The notes: generated from the sequence alone by a model not told the origin. A stretch of 63,681 nucleotides of DNA from Candidatus Tenderia sp. (GCA_031416075.1 JANOSY010000054.1:1-63681), one strand, 5' to 3'; positions 50,250-62,072 are shown, numbered from the stretch's first letter. Numbers and translations are program-made.

Positions 50250-51616
50250 GTCGCCTCCACCCCTAACGCACGTAACAGCCCCAACGCCTTGGCACGGGTC
50301 TCTGCCAACTCAGCGTCGGGGAGTGAGTCGTTGACAATACCCGCGCCTGTGCGGAAATGGAGCTGCTGGCCATCCAGCACCATGGTACGAATAAGAATAT
50401 TAAGATCCATCTCTCCTGAATGGCTGAGATAACCCACTGAACCTGTATAAGGCCCCCGCGTCTCCTGCTCCAGTTCATGGATGATCTCCATACAACGCAC
50501 CTTGGGACAACCGGTAATGGTGCCACCGGGAAAAACCGCCCGAATCACCGCTGCCGGTGTGGTATCAGGGCGCAACGTCCCTGAAACGTTAGAGACGATG
50601 TGATGTACATGGGCATACGACTCCAGCACCATCATCTCATCCACCACTACACTACCCGGTACGCAGAGCCGTCCAAGATCATTACGCTCCAGATCAATCA
50701 GCATCACATGCTCAGCACGCTCCTTGGGATGGGCCAGCAATATTTTAGCGTAGGCCACATCTGCCGCTGCATCGGCGCTGCGTGGCCGAGTACCCGCAAT
50801 CGGGCGAACACTGACACGATCCTCCTTCACACTCACCAACCGCTCGGGTGATGAACTGATCACACTCTTGCCACCATAACTGACCAGCGCCGCAAACGGT
50901 GCCGGGTTATGGCTACGCAAACGACGATAGAGCTGTACCGCGTCACCCTCGGCAAGTATGAGTTGCCAGGCACGGGATAGGTTAACCTGAAAGACGTCCC
51001 CCTCACGAATGTAATCACGGATACGTTCAACCCCAGCTAGGAAACGGCGCGGCTCATCTTCGCTGATGGAGATCACCACCGGGGGGCAAGAAGACCGTTT
51101 ATCTATACCGGGGAGACGGGCAATGTCACCGACTATCTCAGCCAACAGCGGCTCGGCCCCTGGTTCACAGACCAGATGACAGCACCCTGACTGATGGTCA
51201 CGGATGACCGCCGCGGGAATACGGGTGGCAAACGCTGCGGGCAACGCCGCATCGGCCCTCAAAGCACACAACTTGGGCTCGATCTGCGCCACCAGCTCGT
51301 AACCAAGATAAAGGAACCAACCGCCGCTAAACGGCAGATCAACGGTAGTTTCATCCTGCTTACGGTCACTCTGCCACTGCTGATCAAGTGCTGATAAAAA
51401 ATCCTGCCCCGTCGCATCCATGCTCGCACCCGGGAAAGCAAACAGAATGTCATAACGTGACTGAGCCGTGCCGTGAACGACACTCTCCAACAGATAGGGG
51501 TAACGCTGCGGGTTTAATGCATGCAACCGCAACAGATCGAAACTCTCTTGCAACCGCTGCTGACGCGGCGGAGCTGATACAACAACGGGAGGAGTAATCT
51601 GAGTAGATACCATCAA
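50246..51616 (-). CDS. pabB: Aminodeoxychorismate synthase component I (MST family)
   Basis: GDVFQVNLS, SSSPERL, RPIAGT, KERAEHVMLIDLERNDLG, FPGGTITGCPK; adjacent to pabC. Confidence 0.85.
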   Translation of the reverse strand: MMVSTQITPPVVVSAPPRQQRLQESFDLLRLHALNPQRYPYLLESVVHGTAQSRYDILFAFPGASMDATGQDFLSALDQQWQSDRKQDETTVDLPFSGGWFLYLGYELVAQIEPKLCALRADAALPAAFATRIPAAVIRDHQSGCCHLVCEPGAEPLLAEIVGDIARLPGIDKRSSCPPVVISISEDEPRRFLAGVERIRDYIREGDVFQVNLSRAWQLILAEGDAVQLYRRLRSHNPAPFAALVSYGGKSVISSSPERLVSVKEDRVSVRPIAGTRPRSADAAADVAYAKILLAHPKERAEHVMLIDLERNDLGRLCVPGSVVVDEMMVLESYAHVHHIVSNVSGTLRPDTTPAAVIRAVFPGGTITGCPKVRCMEIIHELEQETRGPYTGSVGYLSHSGEMDLNILIRTMVLDGQQLHFRTGAGIVNDSLPDAELAETRAKALGLLRALGVEAT

Positions 51617-51668
51617 CGTACCACGCTACATGCGGCTACCCCTTGGCGAGGCAACCGCATATTACCCC

Positions 51669-52904
51669 TTATACTTTATTGAATACCAGCGTGCCGTTGG
51701 TACCACCAAAACCAAAGGAGTTGGAGATGGCCACATCGATCTTCATCGGGCGAGCCTCGTTGGGCACATAATCAAGATCGCACTCAGGATCCGGGGTAGT
51801 GTAGTTGATGGTAGGTGGTGCCACCTGATCACGAATAGCCAGGGCAGTAAAAATCGCCTCAATACCACCTGCCGCTCCTAATAGATGCCCCGTCATCGAC
51901 TTGGTGGAGCTCATCGCCAGCTTGTAAGCATGATCACCAAACATCGACTTGGTCGCCATGGTTTCAGCACGATCGCCTGCCGGGGTAGAAGTACCGTGGG
52001 CATTAATGTAATCGACCTGTTCAGGGTTAATACCGGCATGTTTCAGGGCCAGGGCCATACAGCGGCGCGCCCCCTCTCCGCCTTCACTCGGCGTGGTCAT
52101 ATGGTACGCATCGCCATTCATGCCAGAACCAGAAACCTCAGCATAGATATTGGCACCGCGCTTTTTGGCAGACTCGTACTCCTCCAGCACCACAACACCG
52201 GCACCATCACTTAACACAAAGCCGTCACGGTCCTTATCCCAGGGGCGGCTGGCAGTGGTGGGGTGATCATTACGGGTAGAGAGCGCCCGTGCGGCAGCAA
52301 AGCCGCCCAGACCGGTGGGTGACGTCGCCATTTCAGCGCCGCCCGCCACCATCGCATCGGCATCACCACGGGCAATAATACGCGCCGCTTCACCAATGTT
52401 GTGGGTGCCAGTTGCACAGGCGGTGACAATCGCCAGATTGGGCCCCTTCATGCCATACATGATGGAGAAATTGCCCGAAATCATATTAATGATATTGCTC
52501 GGAACGAAAAATGGAGATAGTTTGCGTGGACCGGCGGTACGAAACGTTTCGTGACCACTCTCAATACCGGGCAGACCACCAATGCCAGAACCGATCATTA
52601 CACCGATGCGCTCGGCATTTTCCTCAGTCACGGTCAGGCCAGAGTCCTCAAACGCCTCTTTGGCGGCAGCAATACCGTAATGGATAAACGGATCCATACG
52701 CCGGGCATCTTTGGCCGACATGTAATGAGTGGCATCAAAATTCCAGACCGACCCACCAAACCGCACACTGAAATCAGTGGTGTCAAAATGGGTGATCGGA
52801 CCAATACCACTCTTGCCCGCTAAAATATTGGCCCATGACTCTTTAACAGAAAGTCCCACTGGACCAACCATGCCCAGACCAGTGACAACAACTCGACGCT
52901 GCAT
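51669..52904 (-). CDS. fabF: Beta-ketoacyl-ACP synthase II
   Basis: [39 protein letters not shown]. Confidence 0.97.
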   Translation of the reverse strand: MQRRVVVTGLGMVGPVGLSVKESWANILAGKSGIGPITHFDTTDFSVRFGGSVWNFDATHYMSAKDARRMDPFIHYGIAAAKEAFEDSGLTVTEENAERIGVMIGSGIGGLPGIESGHETFRTAGPRKLSPFFVPSNIINMISGNFSIMYGMKGPNLAIVTACATGTHNIGEAARIIARGDADAMVAGGAEMATSPTGLGGFAAARALSTRNDHPTTASRPWDKDRDGFVLSDGAGVVVLEEYESAKKRGANIYAEVSGSGMNGDAYHMTTPSEGGEGARRCMALALKHAGINPEQVDYINAHGTSTPAGDRAETMATKSMFGDHAYKLAMSSTKSMTGHLLGAAGGIEAIFTALAIRDQVAPPTINYTTPDPECDLDYVPNEARPMKIDVAISNSFGFGGTNGTLVFNKV

Positions 52905-52968
52905 GCTCACGTTTTGAATAACCTCTGAAAGTGAGTGCTGGCACCCCATTTAGCGCACCGCACAAAGC

Positions 52969-53002
52969 AAAAAGCCGCAGGCTGCACACGCGGCACTGCG
53001 GC
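52969..53002 (-). terminator. Terminator-like hairpin between acpP and fabF
   Basis: GCCGCAG...CTGCGGC stem followed by T5 on the minus strand. Confidence 0.7.
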
Positions 53003-53022
53003 CTCTACTGGATTCGTAACAG

Positions 53023-53259
53023 TTAACCCAAAGTAGAGTTAATGTAATCGATAGCCTGCTGAACAGTAGTGATCTTCTCGGCCTCTTCGTCTGGAATTTC
53101 GCATTCGAACTCTTCTTCCAGGGCCATCACCAATTCCACTGTATCGAGCGAATCTGCGCCGAGATCGTCAACAAAAGAAGCTTCGGTGGTGACTTCCTCT
53201 TCCTTAACACCTAACTGTTCAATCACAATCTTCTTGACGCGTTCTTCGATAGTGCTCAT
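53023..53259 (-). CDS. acpP: Acyl carrier protein
   Basis: [10 protein letters not shown]...[20 protein letters not shown]; GGAGG upstream. Confidence 0.98.
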   Translation of the reverse strand: MSTIEERVKKIVIEQLGVKEEEVTTEASFVDDLGADSLDTVELVMALEEEFECEIPDEEAEKITTVQQAIDYINSTLG

Positions 53260-53422
53260 GACAAATGGTTCCTCCAAAAATTTTATGCAGATCACGCTGC
53301 GGTCGGTATTTTATCCTGAAATCCAGATGTTGCAAGCAAGATCGCGGCAAATAACCTGAGATTTTTGATAAAACTACAAGGTAATTCATACAACACTAAA
53401 ATAGTAACCGTGGGATTTCAGC

Positions 53423-54166
53423 CTATCCCATGTACATACCACCATTCACATCCAGTGTAAAACCAGTGATATAGCCTGCCGCGGGTGAGGCCAAAAAGGC
53501 GATGGCAGCGGCAATCTCTTCGGCTTTACCCAAACGATTAAGTGGAATTTGGTTCAGCAACGCCTCTTTCTGCTCATCAGGCAATACGCGGGTCATATCA
53601 GTATCGATAAACCCCGGCGCAACAGCGTTAACCGTAATATTACGAGAGGCAACTTCACGTGCCATGGATTTGGTAAAGCCAAAAATACCCGCTTTGGCAG
53701 CAGCGTAATTGGCTTGACCAGCATTACCCGTCTCACCCACAACAGAGGCAACACTGATGATACGCCCTTTACGTGCCTTCATCATGCCGCGCAAACAGGC
53801 CTTGCTCATGCGAAAAACTGAACCGAGGTTGGTATCGATAATATCGCTCCACTCCTCATCCTTCATCCGCATCAAGAGGTTATCCCGCGTAATACCGGCG
53901 TTATTCACCAAAATCGAGACCGTGCCAAACTCTGTAGTAACCTGTTCAATCACACTATCAATAGACTCTTGAGAGGTTACATTCAAAATCACCCCTTTGC
54001 CCTTAATACCATGCTCATCCAAGTACTTGCTGATGGCCGCAGCACCGCTCGCAGAGGTGGCCGTACCAATCACCACAGCGCCATCCTTGCCCAGCTCAAG
54101 CGCAGTTGCCTTACCAATGCCACGACTGGCACCGCTAATCAGCGCAATCTCATTTTCCAGTTTCAT
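53423..54166 (-). CDS. fabG: 3-oxoacyl-ACP reductase
   Basis: GASRGIG, NNAGITRD, YAAAK, PGFI-x-TDM. Confidence 0.97.
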   Translation of the reverse strand: MKLENEIALISGASRGIGKATALELGKDGAVVIGTATSASGAAAISKYLDEHGIKGKGVILNVTSQESIDSVIEQVTTEFGTVSILVNNAGITRDNLLMRMKDEEWSDIIDTNLGSVFRMSKACLRGMMKARKGRIISVASVVGETGNAGQANYAAAKAGIFGFTKSMAREVASRNITVNAVAPGFIDTDMTRVLPDEQKEALLNQIPLNRLGKAEEIAAAIAFLASPAAGYITGFTLDVNGGMYMG

Positions 54167-54187
54167 AATGACAATACCCTTTTATCT

Positions 54188-55126
54188 TTACGCACCGTTA
54201 ACCAGATCCAATGCAGCCTGTAACGTAGCCGCATCAAATACCGGCAATGTATTTATGTCACGGTCGATACGTTTATTCAGCCCTGCCAGAACCTTGCCCG
54301 GACCACATTCTACTATAGTAGTGACGCCGGTTTTACCCAGCGTTTGTACGGTCTCTACCCAACGCACCGGTTGGTACAACTGCTGCGCCAGTAACAGACG
54401 AATCGCTGCACCATCCTGATGAGATGAGACATCAACGTTATGCAACACCTCTATCCGTGGCGGCTTGACCTCGATAGCGGCCAATACTTTAGCCAGCTCG
54501 TCCGCAGCGGGGCGCATCAAACTGCAGTGTGAAGGGACACTCACCGGCAGTGGTAGGATGCGCTTAGCCCCCGCCTCTTTGGCCAGCACCAGCGCCCGTG
54601 CCACAGCTGCCGCAGAGCCTGCCACCACCACCTGCCCAGGGGCATTGAAGTTGACCGCCTGCACCACCGCCCCTTCAGCCGCCGCCGCACACACAGCCAC
54701 CACCTCATCATCACTCAGCCCAAGGATTGCCGCCATGGCCCCCCGCCCCTCGGGTACTGCGGCCTGCATCAGCTGGCCACGTCTCTCTACCAGTTTGACA
54801 GCCGTGGCAAAATCGAGGGCATCTGCCGCCACCAGCGCTGTATATTCACCGAGGCTATGGCCCGCCATGAGACTGGGCACTGGACCACCAGCCACCTGCC
54901 AGACACGCCAGCAGGCGATGCCCGCCGCCAACATCGCGGGCTGGGTTTTGTCAGTCTGATTAAGATCCGCCTCACTGCCTGCCTGTACCAGTCGCCACAA
55001 ATCGTAACCGAGTGCATCACTGGCCTCGGCAAAGGTCTCCCCCACTTGGCTCCACTCGGCTGCTAACGCTGCCAACATGCCCACAGCTTGTGAACCTTGG
55101 CCAGGAAAAACTATCGCAAATGACAT
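54188..55126 (-). CDS. fabD: Malonyl-CoA:ACP transacylase
   Basis: FPGQGSQ, GHSLGEY, VSVPSH. Confidence 0.97.
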   Translation of the reverse strand: MSFAIVFPGQGSQAVGMLAALAAEWSQVGETFAEASDALGYDLWRLVQAGSEADLNQTDKTQPAMLAAGIACWRVWQVAGGPVPSLMAGHSLGEYTALVAADALDFATAVKLVERRGQLMQAAVPEGRGAMAAILGLSDDEVVAVCAAAAEGAVVQAVNFNAPGQVVVAGSAAAVARALVLAKEAGAKRILPLPVSVPSHCSLMRPAADELAKVLAAIEVKPPRIEVLHNVDVSSHQDGAAIRLLLAQQLYQPVRWVETVQTLGKTGVTTIVECGPGKVLAGLNKRIDRDINTLPVFDAATLQAALDLVNGA

Positions 55127-55165
55127 AAACAACCCTTCTTAACTATATGTCTGGATTCGTTAAAC

Positions 55166-56125
55166 CTAAAACTTAAGCAGTGCTGAACCCCAGGTGAAGC
55201 CGCCACCAAAGGCCTCCAGCAGGATCGTCTGGCCGCGCTGAATCCGGCCATCACGCACCGCCACGTCAAGCGCCAACGGGATTGAAGCGGCAGAGGTATT
55301 GCCGTGTTCATGCACCGTCACCACCACTTTTTCCATGGGCATATCGAGTTTTTTGGCGGTGGCAGTAATGATGCGGATATTGGCCTGATGGGGCACCAAC
55401 CAGTCGATATCGCTCTTCTGCATATTATTGGCTTCAAGGGTCTCGTCCACAATACGGCCCAAGGTACGAACAGCGAACTTAAAGACTTCGTTGCCCTGCA
55501 TCTCCATAAAGAGACGCCCACCCTCATCACCACGGGAGATACCCCCGGGCACATGCAGCAGCTCATCATATTCGCCATCTGCGTGCAAGTGAGTACTCAA
55601 GATGCCCGGCTCTGCGCTGGCTTCCAACACCACGGCACCGGCACCATCACCAAACAGGACACAGGTACCCCTATCTTTCCAGTTGATAATGCGCGACAAG
55701 GTCTCGGCCCCCACCACCAACGCACGTTTGGCGCTGCCAGCACGGATAAAATTATCCGCAACACTGAGGGCATAGACAAAACCGGAACAGACCGCTTGGA
55801 TATCAAAAGCTGCCGGGCCGTGTATGCCGAGGCGCTTCTGCAACAGGCAGGCAGTGCTGGGAAATATTTTATCTGCGGTGGTTGTGGCCACAATAATCAG
55901 GTCGATATCGGCGGCCGTGATACCAGCCGCCGCTATTGCATTAATGGCCGCCTGCTCGGCAAGATCGCACGTTGTCTGGCCAGCAACGGCAACATGGCGT
56001 TTATGGATACCGGTACGCTCCCGTATCCATTGGTCAGAAGTCTCCACCATCTTTTCCAGATCAGCGTTTGTCAGCACGTTGTCGGGCAAATAACTCCCGG
56101 TGCCAGCTATTCTTGAATAGATCAC
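55166..56125 (-). CDS. fabH: Beta-ketoacyl-ACP synthase III
   Basis: AVCSGF, FGDGAGA, PHQAN, GNTSAAS. Confidence 0.97.
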   Translation of the reverse strand: MIYSRIAGTGSYLPDNVLTNADLEKMVETSDQWIRERTGIHKRHVAVAGQTTCDLAEQAAINAIAAAGITAADIDLIIVATTTADKIFPSTACLLQKRLGIHGPAAFDIQAVCSGFVYALSVADNFIRAGSAKRALVVGAETLSRIINWKDRGTCVLFGDGAGAVVLEASAEPGILSTHLHADGEYDELLHVPGGISRGDEGGRLFMEMQGNEVFKFAVRTLGRIVDETLEANNMQKSDIDWLVPHQANIRIITATAKKLDMPMEKVVVTVHEHGNTSAASIPLALDVAVRDGRIQRGQTILLEAFGGGFTWGSALLKF

Positions 56126-56128
56126 TGC

Positions 56129-57148
56129 TTATCCTGCCTGTTTGATCAGCAGCCGCTCCAGCTGCTGACTGATTTTATCCGGCACCGCTTTGTTAACCTC
56201 GTGTACCGCCTCGTTAATGGCGTTGGCAAAGGCAAAAATATCAGCACTACCATGGCTTTTGATCACAATGCCATTAAGACCGACAAAACTGGCACCATTG
56301 TAACGGCGGGGGTCAATCCTATTTTTGATCACTGTTAATATTGGCGATGCAATCAGCGCAACACATTTGGTGAAGATGTTTTTTGAAAAGGCTTCACGCA
56401 TAAAGTGGGCAATCATTTTTGCCACGCCTTCGGTCGTTTTTAAGGCAACATTTCCCACAAAACCATCACACACCACCACGTCTACAGTGCCTTTGAATAT
56501 ATCGTCACCCTCAACATAACCCACATAATTAATGGGGCTGGCAGCCAACAGGCGGGAAGCCTCTCTAACCCGCTCGTTACCCTTCATCTCCTCTTCGCCA
56601 ATGTTCAGCAAGCCCACCGTAGGCATGGCGATATTATCAACCGCTTGGGTCAATACTGATCCCATCACTGCAAACTGCAGCAGCACATCGGCGCTGGAGT
56701 CGACATTGGCACCCAAATCGAGCACACGGGTGTGCCCTTTCATGGTGGGTAAGGTGGAAATAATGGCCGGACGGTCGATACCCGGCAACGTTTTCAGTAC
56801 AAAACGGGCCGTTGCCATCAAGGCGCCGGTATTACCGGCACTGACACAGGCGTCTGCTGTACCATCCTGCACCAAATTAATCGCCACCCGCATGGACGAG
56901 TCTTTTTTGGTGCGCAGGGCCACAGAGGGAAGCTCATCCATTTCCACCCGCTGTGAGGCATGATGAATAAGAATATTGGGGCCAACGTTGGCACCGTGCT
57001 TACGCAGCTCGGCCACCAGGACGTCGTAGTCACCCACTAAAATCAATTTGAGCGCGGGGCGCTCTTTAACAACACTCAGGGCGGCGGGCACAACCACTGA
57101 CGGGCCATGATCACCACCCATCGCGTCCAGAGCGATAGTTTGGCTCAA
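56129..57148 (-). CDS. plsX: Phosphate acyltransferase PlsX
   Basis: DAMGGD, SAGNTGA, DLGAN, DGFVGN, KSHG. Confidence 0.97.
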   Translation of the reverse strand: MSQTIALDAMGGDHGPSVVVPAALSVVKERPALKLILVGDYDVLVAELRKHGANVGPNILIHHASQRVEMDELPSVALRTKKDSSMRVAINLVQDGTADACVSAGNTGALMATARFVLKTLPGIDRPAIISTLPTMKGHTRVLDLGANVDSSADVLLQFAVMGSVLTQAVDNIAMPTVGLLNIGEEEMKGNERVREASRLLAASPINYVGYVEGDDIFKGTVDVVVCDGFVGNVALKTTEGVAKMIAHFMREAFSKNIFTKCVALIASPILTVIKNRIDPRRYNGASFVGLNGIVIKSHGSADIFAFANAINEAVHEVNKAVPDKISQQLERLLIKQAG

Positions 57149-57153
57149 GTTGA

Positions 57154-57330
57154 CTATTCCTTGTCAGCAATCACCTTACGACCACGATAAAAACCGTCTG
57201 GAGTGATGTGATGACGAAGGTGGGTTTCACCTGTGGTTGAGTCAACGGAGAGCGCTCCAGCGGTCAAAGCGTCATGTGAACGACGCATACCACGTCTGGA
57301 AGTGCTCTTTTTGTTCTGTTGTACGGCCAT
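57154..57330 (-). CDS. rpmF: 50S ribosomal protein L32 (58 aa; absent from the supplied ORF track)
   Basis: Hand translation [58 protein letters not shown], between yceD and plsX. Confidence 0.96.
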   Translation of the reverse strand: MAVQQNKKSTSRRGMRRSHDALTAGALSVDSTTGETHLRHHITPDGFYRGRKVIADKE

Positions 57331-57375
57331 GGCAATAAACTCCTAATATTTAACGCAAACTTCAATTCATTGTTG

Positions 57376-57906
57376 CTAACTGTCCCGTTTCAGGGACGCC
57401 AAAACTGCAAATGGGTTTTTCTTTGCTGGCATCTTCTCTTCGACGTCAGAGAGCGCCTCATGTTGCTTCTCGAACCAGGGCTGACAGGACTGCTGTGGAT
57501 GGGCCACAACAATCGGAATGGCCATAATCAGCTCATCCTCAATTAACTCACTGAGAACGACTACTTCGTCCATCAAGAGATAGGGCTCATATACATCAGG
57601 TATGGCAAGCACACGTTCTTCACTGGTCACAAAACCCACTGCAACTTCACTCTCCAGTGACAGAACCACCGGCTCCATGCAGCGCTGGCAGACCAGGCTG
57701 ACCTGAGTTTTAAGGTGACCAGACATGTAGCTGATGCCTTGTGCATCAATATCAAACTGCAAGTTGACATCTACATCACCATTTTTATCAACCAGCAAGC
57801 CCGACAAGCGGGCCATAGTATCAAGCTTCAGCACGCCTTGCAGCAATCTACGCTGCCGTGCCAACTTGAAAGGTACAATCTGCTCGGGTAATCGCTGGGG
57901 TGACAT
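57376..57906 (-). CDS. yceD: YceD/DUF177 family protein
   Basis: CQRC, LIEDELI, NPFAVLA; upstream of rpmF. Confidence 0.93.
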   Translation of the reverse strand: MSPQRLPEQIVPFKLARQRRLLQGVLKLDTMARLSGLLVDKNGDVDVNLQFDIDAQGISYMSGHLKTQVSLVCQRCMEPVVLSLESEVAVGFVTSEERVLAIPDVYEPYLLMDEVVVLSELIEDELIMAIPIVVAHPQQSCQPWFEKQHEALSDVEEKMPAKKNPFAVLASLKRDS

Positions 57907-58132
57907 AGGCGCGGAATGATAAAGCCACGCACTCTGTCTGTCAAAGAAATTTGTTATTTTTCACCCTGTTATCCGTGCAGAAACTTGACTTCACGGGGTG
58001 ATTCTCGTAGAACCCTGATATTACATTGCTTTTATATGGTCTGGTGGGCAGTCGCCTTGGAACGGCGCGTAGCTCTGCCGAGCTATATAATGGTGGACTT
58101 GGCAACCTGATAACTCTATTAATAGAATCAAT

Positions 58133-59551
58133 ATGATAAAAAAAATTCTGATTGCTAATCGAGGTGAAATTGCTGTCCGCATTGTGCGTGCCTGCGCCGA
58201 GATGGGCATCAAATCGGCCGCCATCTACACTGATGCCGACCGCCACTCTCTGCATGTCAAAAAGGCCGATGAGGCTTATAACCTGGGGCCGGATTCAGTT
58301 GCGGGCTATCTAAACGCCCACCGCATTGTCAATCTGGCAGTCGCGGCGGGGTGTGACGCACTCCACCCCGGCTACGGCTTTCTCTCCGAAAATCCTCAGC
58401 TGGCCGATATCTGCCGTCGTCGTGGCGTCCGTTTCATCGGCCCCAGCGCCGAGGTCATTCACAGCATGGGCGACAAGATCGAGGCTCGTCACGCCATGAT
58501 CAAGGCGGGCATCCCGGTCACACCCGGCAGCGATGGCAACGTCGAATCTCTTGAAGAGGGGGTGACTATCGCCAATAACATCGGTTATCCCATTATGCTC
58601 AAGGCCACTGCGGGTGGTGGTGGACGCGGCATTCGTCGCTGTGAAAGCGAGGATGATCTGCGCCGCAATTATGACCGTGTCATCTCTGAGGCGACCAAGG
58701 CTTTTGGCAAGTCTGACCTATTCATCGAAAAATGCGTGGTCAATCCGCGCCATATTGAGGTGCAGATCCTCGCCGACAGCCACGGCAATGTCATCCATCT
58801 CTTTGAGCGCGACTGCTCGATCCAGCGCCGCCACCAGAAGCTGATCGAAATCGCCCCCTCGCCGCAACTCAACGACGAACAGCGCAAGTATATTGGTGAT
58901 CTGGCCGTCACTGCCGCCCGTGCAGTGGGTTACGAAAATGCCGGCACAGTGGAGTTTCTGCTCGATCAGGAGAACAACTTCTACTTTATGGAGATGAATA
59001 CCCGCTTACAGGTAGAACATCCCATCTCCGAGACCATCACCGGTATCGACATCGTCCAGGAGCAGATCCGTATCGCCGCTGGCCTGAAACTGCGTTACCA
59101 GCAGGAGGATGTGCAGCGCCGTGGTTACGCCATGGAGTTCCGCATCAATGCCGAGGACCCAAAAAATGGCTTCTTGCCGAGCTTTGGCCGCATCACCCGC
59201 TATCTCGCACCCGGTGGCCCTGGTGTGCGTACCGATGCTGCCATCTATACCGGTTATGTCATCCCCCCCCACTACGACTCACTCTGCGCCAAACTCACCG
59301 TATGGGCGCTGACCTGGGATGAACTATTGGACCGATCCGCCCGCGCCCTCAATGACATGGGGGTATATGGGATCAAGACCACCATCCCCTACTACCTGGA
59401 GATTCTCAAATCCCCGGAGTTTCAGAGCGGCAGTTTCGATACCAGCTTTGTCGAGAACCACCCGGAATTGGTCAATTATTCGGTAAGACGTCCGCCACGT
59501 GAGCTGGCCGCCGCCATTGGCGTGGCCATTGCCGCCCACCTGGGACGTTGA
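58133..59551 (+). CDS. pycA: Biotin carboxylase subunit of a two-subunit pyruvate carboxylase
   Basis: ANRGEIA, HPGYGFLSEN, GGGGRG, RDCSIQRR, EMNTRLQVEH. Confidence 0.88.
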   Translation: MIKKILIANRGEIAVRIVRACAEMGIKSAAIYTDADRHSLHVKKADEAYNLGPDSVAGYLNAHRIVNLAVAAGCDALHPGYGFLSENPQLADICRRRGVRFIGPSAEVIHSMGDKIEARHAMIKAGIPVTPGSDGNVESLEEGVTIANNIGYPIMLKATAGGGGRGIRRCESEDDLRRNYDRVISEATKAFGKSDLFIEKCVVNPRHIEVQILADSHGNVIHLFERDCSIQRRHQKLIEIAPSPQLNDEQRKYIGDLAVTAARAVGYENAGTVEFLLDQENNFYFMEMNTRLQVEHPISETITGIDIVQEQIRIAAGLKLRYQQEDVQRRGYAMEFRINAEDPKNGFLPSFGRITRYLAPGGPGVRTDAAIYTGYVIPPHYDSLCAKLTVWALTWDELLDRSARALNDMGVYGIKTTIPYYLEILKSPEFQSGSFDTSFVENHPELVNYSVRRPPRELAAAIGVAIAAHLGR

Positions 59552-59586
59552 TAGAAACACCATCACCATTAATGAATAGAGTTGAT

Positions 59587-61416
59587 ATGGCTAAAGTAGA
59601 GATAACCGATACCATTCTGCGCGACGCACATCAGTCGCTGATCGCCACACGTATGCGTACCGAAGATATGCTGCCCATCTGCGACAAACTGGACAAGGTG
59701 GGCTACTGGTCGCTGGAGGTCTGGGGGGGCGCCACCTTCGATGCCTGTATCCGTTTTCTCAAGGAGGACCCCTGGGAGCGGCTGCGCCAGCTGCGCCAGG
59801 CCCTGCCCAATACCCGCCTGCAGATGTTGCTGCGGGGACAGAACCTGCTGGGGTACCGCCACTACTCTGATGATGTGGTTCGCGCCTTTGTGCAGCAGGC
59901 CGCCCACAACGGTATTGATGTCTTCCGCATCTTTGACGCCCTGAATGATGTCCGTAACCTGAAGGTGGCTATTGAGGCGGTCAAGGCAGCCAGGAAACAC
60001 GCTCAGGGGACCCTCTGTTACACCACCAGTCCGGTACATAACATCACTCAGTTTGTGGCCATGGCCAAAGAGATGCAGGCGATGGGCTGCGACAGCATTG
60101 CCATCAAGGATATGGCGGGGCTACTGACCCCCATGGTCACCGCTAAGCTGGTGGCTGCGTTGCAGCAGTCGATCACCATCCCTATCCACCTGCACTGCCA
60201 CGCCACGGCGGGGCTCGCCTCGATGTGCCAGCTCAAGGCGGTTGAACAAGGGTGTCTGCACATTGATACCGCCATCTCCACCTTTGCTGGGGGTACCAGC
60301 CACCCCGCCACCGAGAGCATGGTGGCAGCATTTAAGGATACGGCCTATGACACCGGGCTTGATCTATCGCTGCTACAGGAGATTGGGCTCTATTTTTATG
60401 GTGTGCGTAAGAAGTATGCCCGTTTCGAGAGCGAGTTCACCGGCATTGATACCCGCGTCCAGGTCAATCAGATCCCTGGCGGCATGATCTCCAACCTTGC
60501 CAACCAGCTCAAAGAGCAAGGCGCACTGAACCGCATGACCGAGGTGATGGCCGAAATACCCCGTGTCCGCAAAGATCTGGGCTATCCACCACTGGTCACC
60601 CCTACCTCACAGATCGTCGGCACCCAGGCGGTGCTAAACGTCATGACCGGCAGCCGATACAAAAATATCAGCAATGAGGTAAAGCTCTACCTGCAGGGGC
60701 GTTATGGCCAGGCCCCTGGCGCGGTGAACGAAACCGTACGCCAACAGGCGATTGGCAATGAAGACGTGATCAGCTGTCGCCCTGCCGACCTGCTCAATGC
60801 CGAGATGGGGCGGCTGCGTGACGAAATTGGCACACTCGCCCAGAGTGAAGAGGATGTGCTCACCTACGCCATGTTCCCTGACGTCGGCCGCACCTTTCTC
60901 GAAGAGCGTGCCGCTGGCACCCTGGTGCCTGAATCACTGGAAAACATCACTGCCAACAGCGAATGCCCTGTTGCTACCCCTGTCGAATTTAACGTCACCA
61001 TGCATGGCGAGAGCTACCACATCAAGGTGATTGGTACCGGCCATAAGGGGGATAACAGCCGCCCGTTTTTTGTCTCGGTGGACGGTGTGCCTGAAGAGAT
61101 CCTGGTGGAGACACTTGAGGAGATTGGCATTGATGATAGTGGGAGTGGGGGCGACAGACTCCCCTCCAAAACCAAGGGTAGCAAACGCCCCTTGGCCAAA
61201 GGGCCGGGGGATGTCACAACCTCTATGCCCGGCACCATTGTTGACGTGTTGGTCAAGGAGGGCGATATCGTCAAGGAGGGGGCCTCCCTACTGGTGACGG
61301 AGGCGATGAAGATGGAGACCGAGATACAGGCACCTATCTCCGGCACCATCAAAGCCGTTCACATCAAGAAGGGGGATACTGTTAACCCCGACGAAACATT
61401 AATCGAAATCGAATAG
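59587..61416 (+). CDS. pycB: Carboxyltransferase-BCCP subunit (PycB/OadA-like)
   Basis: LRDAHQSL, WGGATFD, IKDMAG, H-x-H, VTPTSQIVG and biotinyl motif EAMKME. Confidence 0.88.
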   Translation: MAKVEITDTILRDAHQSLIATRMRTEDMLPICDKLDKVGYWSLEVWGGATFDACIRFLKEDPWERLRQLRQALPNTRLQMLLRGQNLLGYRHYSDDVVRAFVQQAAHNGIDVFRIFDALNDVRNLKVAIEAVKAARKHAQGTLCYTTSPVHNITQFVAMAKEMQAMGCDSIAIKDMAGLLTPMVTAKLVAALQQSITIPIHLHCHATAGLASMCQLKAVEQGCLHIDTAISTFAGGTSHPATESMVAAFKDTAYDTGLDLSLLQEIGLYFYGVRKKYARFESEFTGIDTRVQVNQIPGGMISNLANQLKEQGALNRMTEVMAEIPRVRKDLGYPPLVTPTSQIVGTQAVLNVMTGSRYKNISNEVKLYLQGRYGQAPGAVNETVRQQAIGNEDVISCRPADLLNAEMGRLRDEIGTLAQSEEDVLTYAMFPDVGRTFLEERAAGTLVPESLENITANSECPVATPVEFNVTMHGESYHIKVIGTGHKGDNSRPFFVSVDGVPEEILVETLEEIGIDDSGSGGDRLPSKTKGSKRPLAKGPGDVTTSMPGTIVDVLVKEGDIVKEGASLLVTEAMKMETEIQAPISGTIKAVHIKKGDTVNPDETLIEIE

Positions 61417-61998
61417 ATGAATCAGCCACTTATTCTTGCCTCATCCTCCATTTACCGGCGCGAACTATTAACCAAACTGGGGCTGGTTTTCAGCTGCATC
61501 TCCCCCGATATCGACGAGACCCTCATCATCGGCGAATCACCTGAATCACTGGTCATGCGACTGGCCAAGGAGAAGGCCCTTACTGCTGCCCATGATCATG
61601 ATGCCGCACTGGTCATCGCCTCCGACCAGGTAGCGGTAATTAACGGCCAGATAGTGGGCAAACCGGGTGACCACGCCCATGCCGTCGAACAGCTGACCGC
61701 TGCATCCGGCCAAGCAGTGCTGTTTCTCACCTCACTGGCACTCTTTAACAGTCGTAGCGGCCATATACAGCTGGAGGTAGTTCCCTTTACGGTCCATTTC
61801 CGCCAACTCAACAGCGATGAGATCGAAAACTACCTGCAAAAGGAGCAGCCTTATCAGTGTGCTGGCTCCTTCAAGTCAGAGGCGCTGGGGATTGCGCTTT
61901 TTGAACGGCTGGAAGGTGACGATCCCAATGCTCTGGTCGGACTACCACTCATCAAACTGATTGAGATGTTAAAAAATGAGGGTATCAACGTTATTTAA
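61417..61998 (+). CDS. maf: Maf-family nucleotide pyrophosphatase (YceF type)
   Basis: LILASSS-x-YRRELL, SDQ, GKP, CAGSFKSE, LVGLP. Confidence 0.92.
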   Translation: MNQPLILASSSIYRRELLTKLGLVFSCISPDIDETLIIGESPESLVMRLAKEKALTAAHDHDAALVIASDQVAVINGQIVGKPGDHAHAVEQLTAASGQAVLFLTSLALFNSRSGHIQLEVVPFTVHFRQLNSDEIENYLQKEQPYQCAGSFKSEALGIALFERLEGDDPNALVGLPLIKLIEMLKNEGINVI

Positions 61999-62072
61999 CA
62001 AGGGGATAGATTAAACATTGTGGGTTGAATAACCGATAAGGAACTAGCAACTACCATAAAGGCGCTGGTTCC

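Noticed and set aside
55304-56116. 270-aa plus-strand ORF
   Set aside because: Antisense shadow of fabH.
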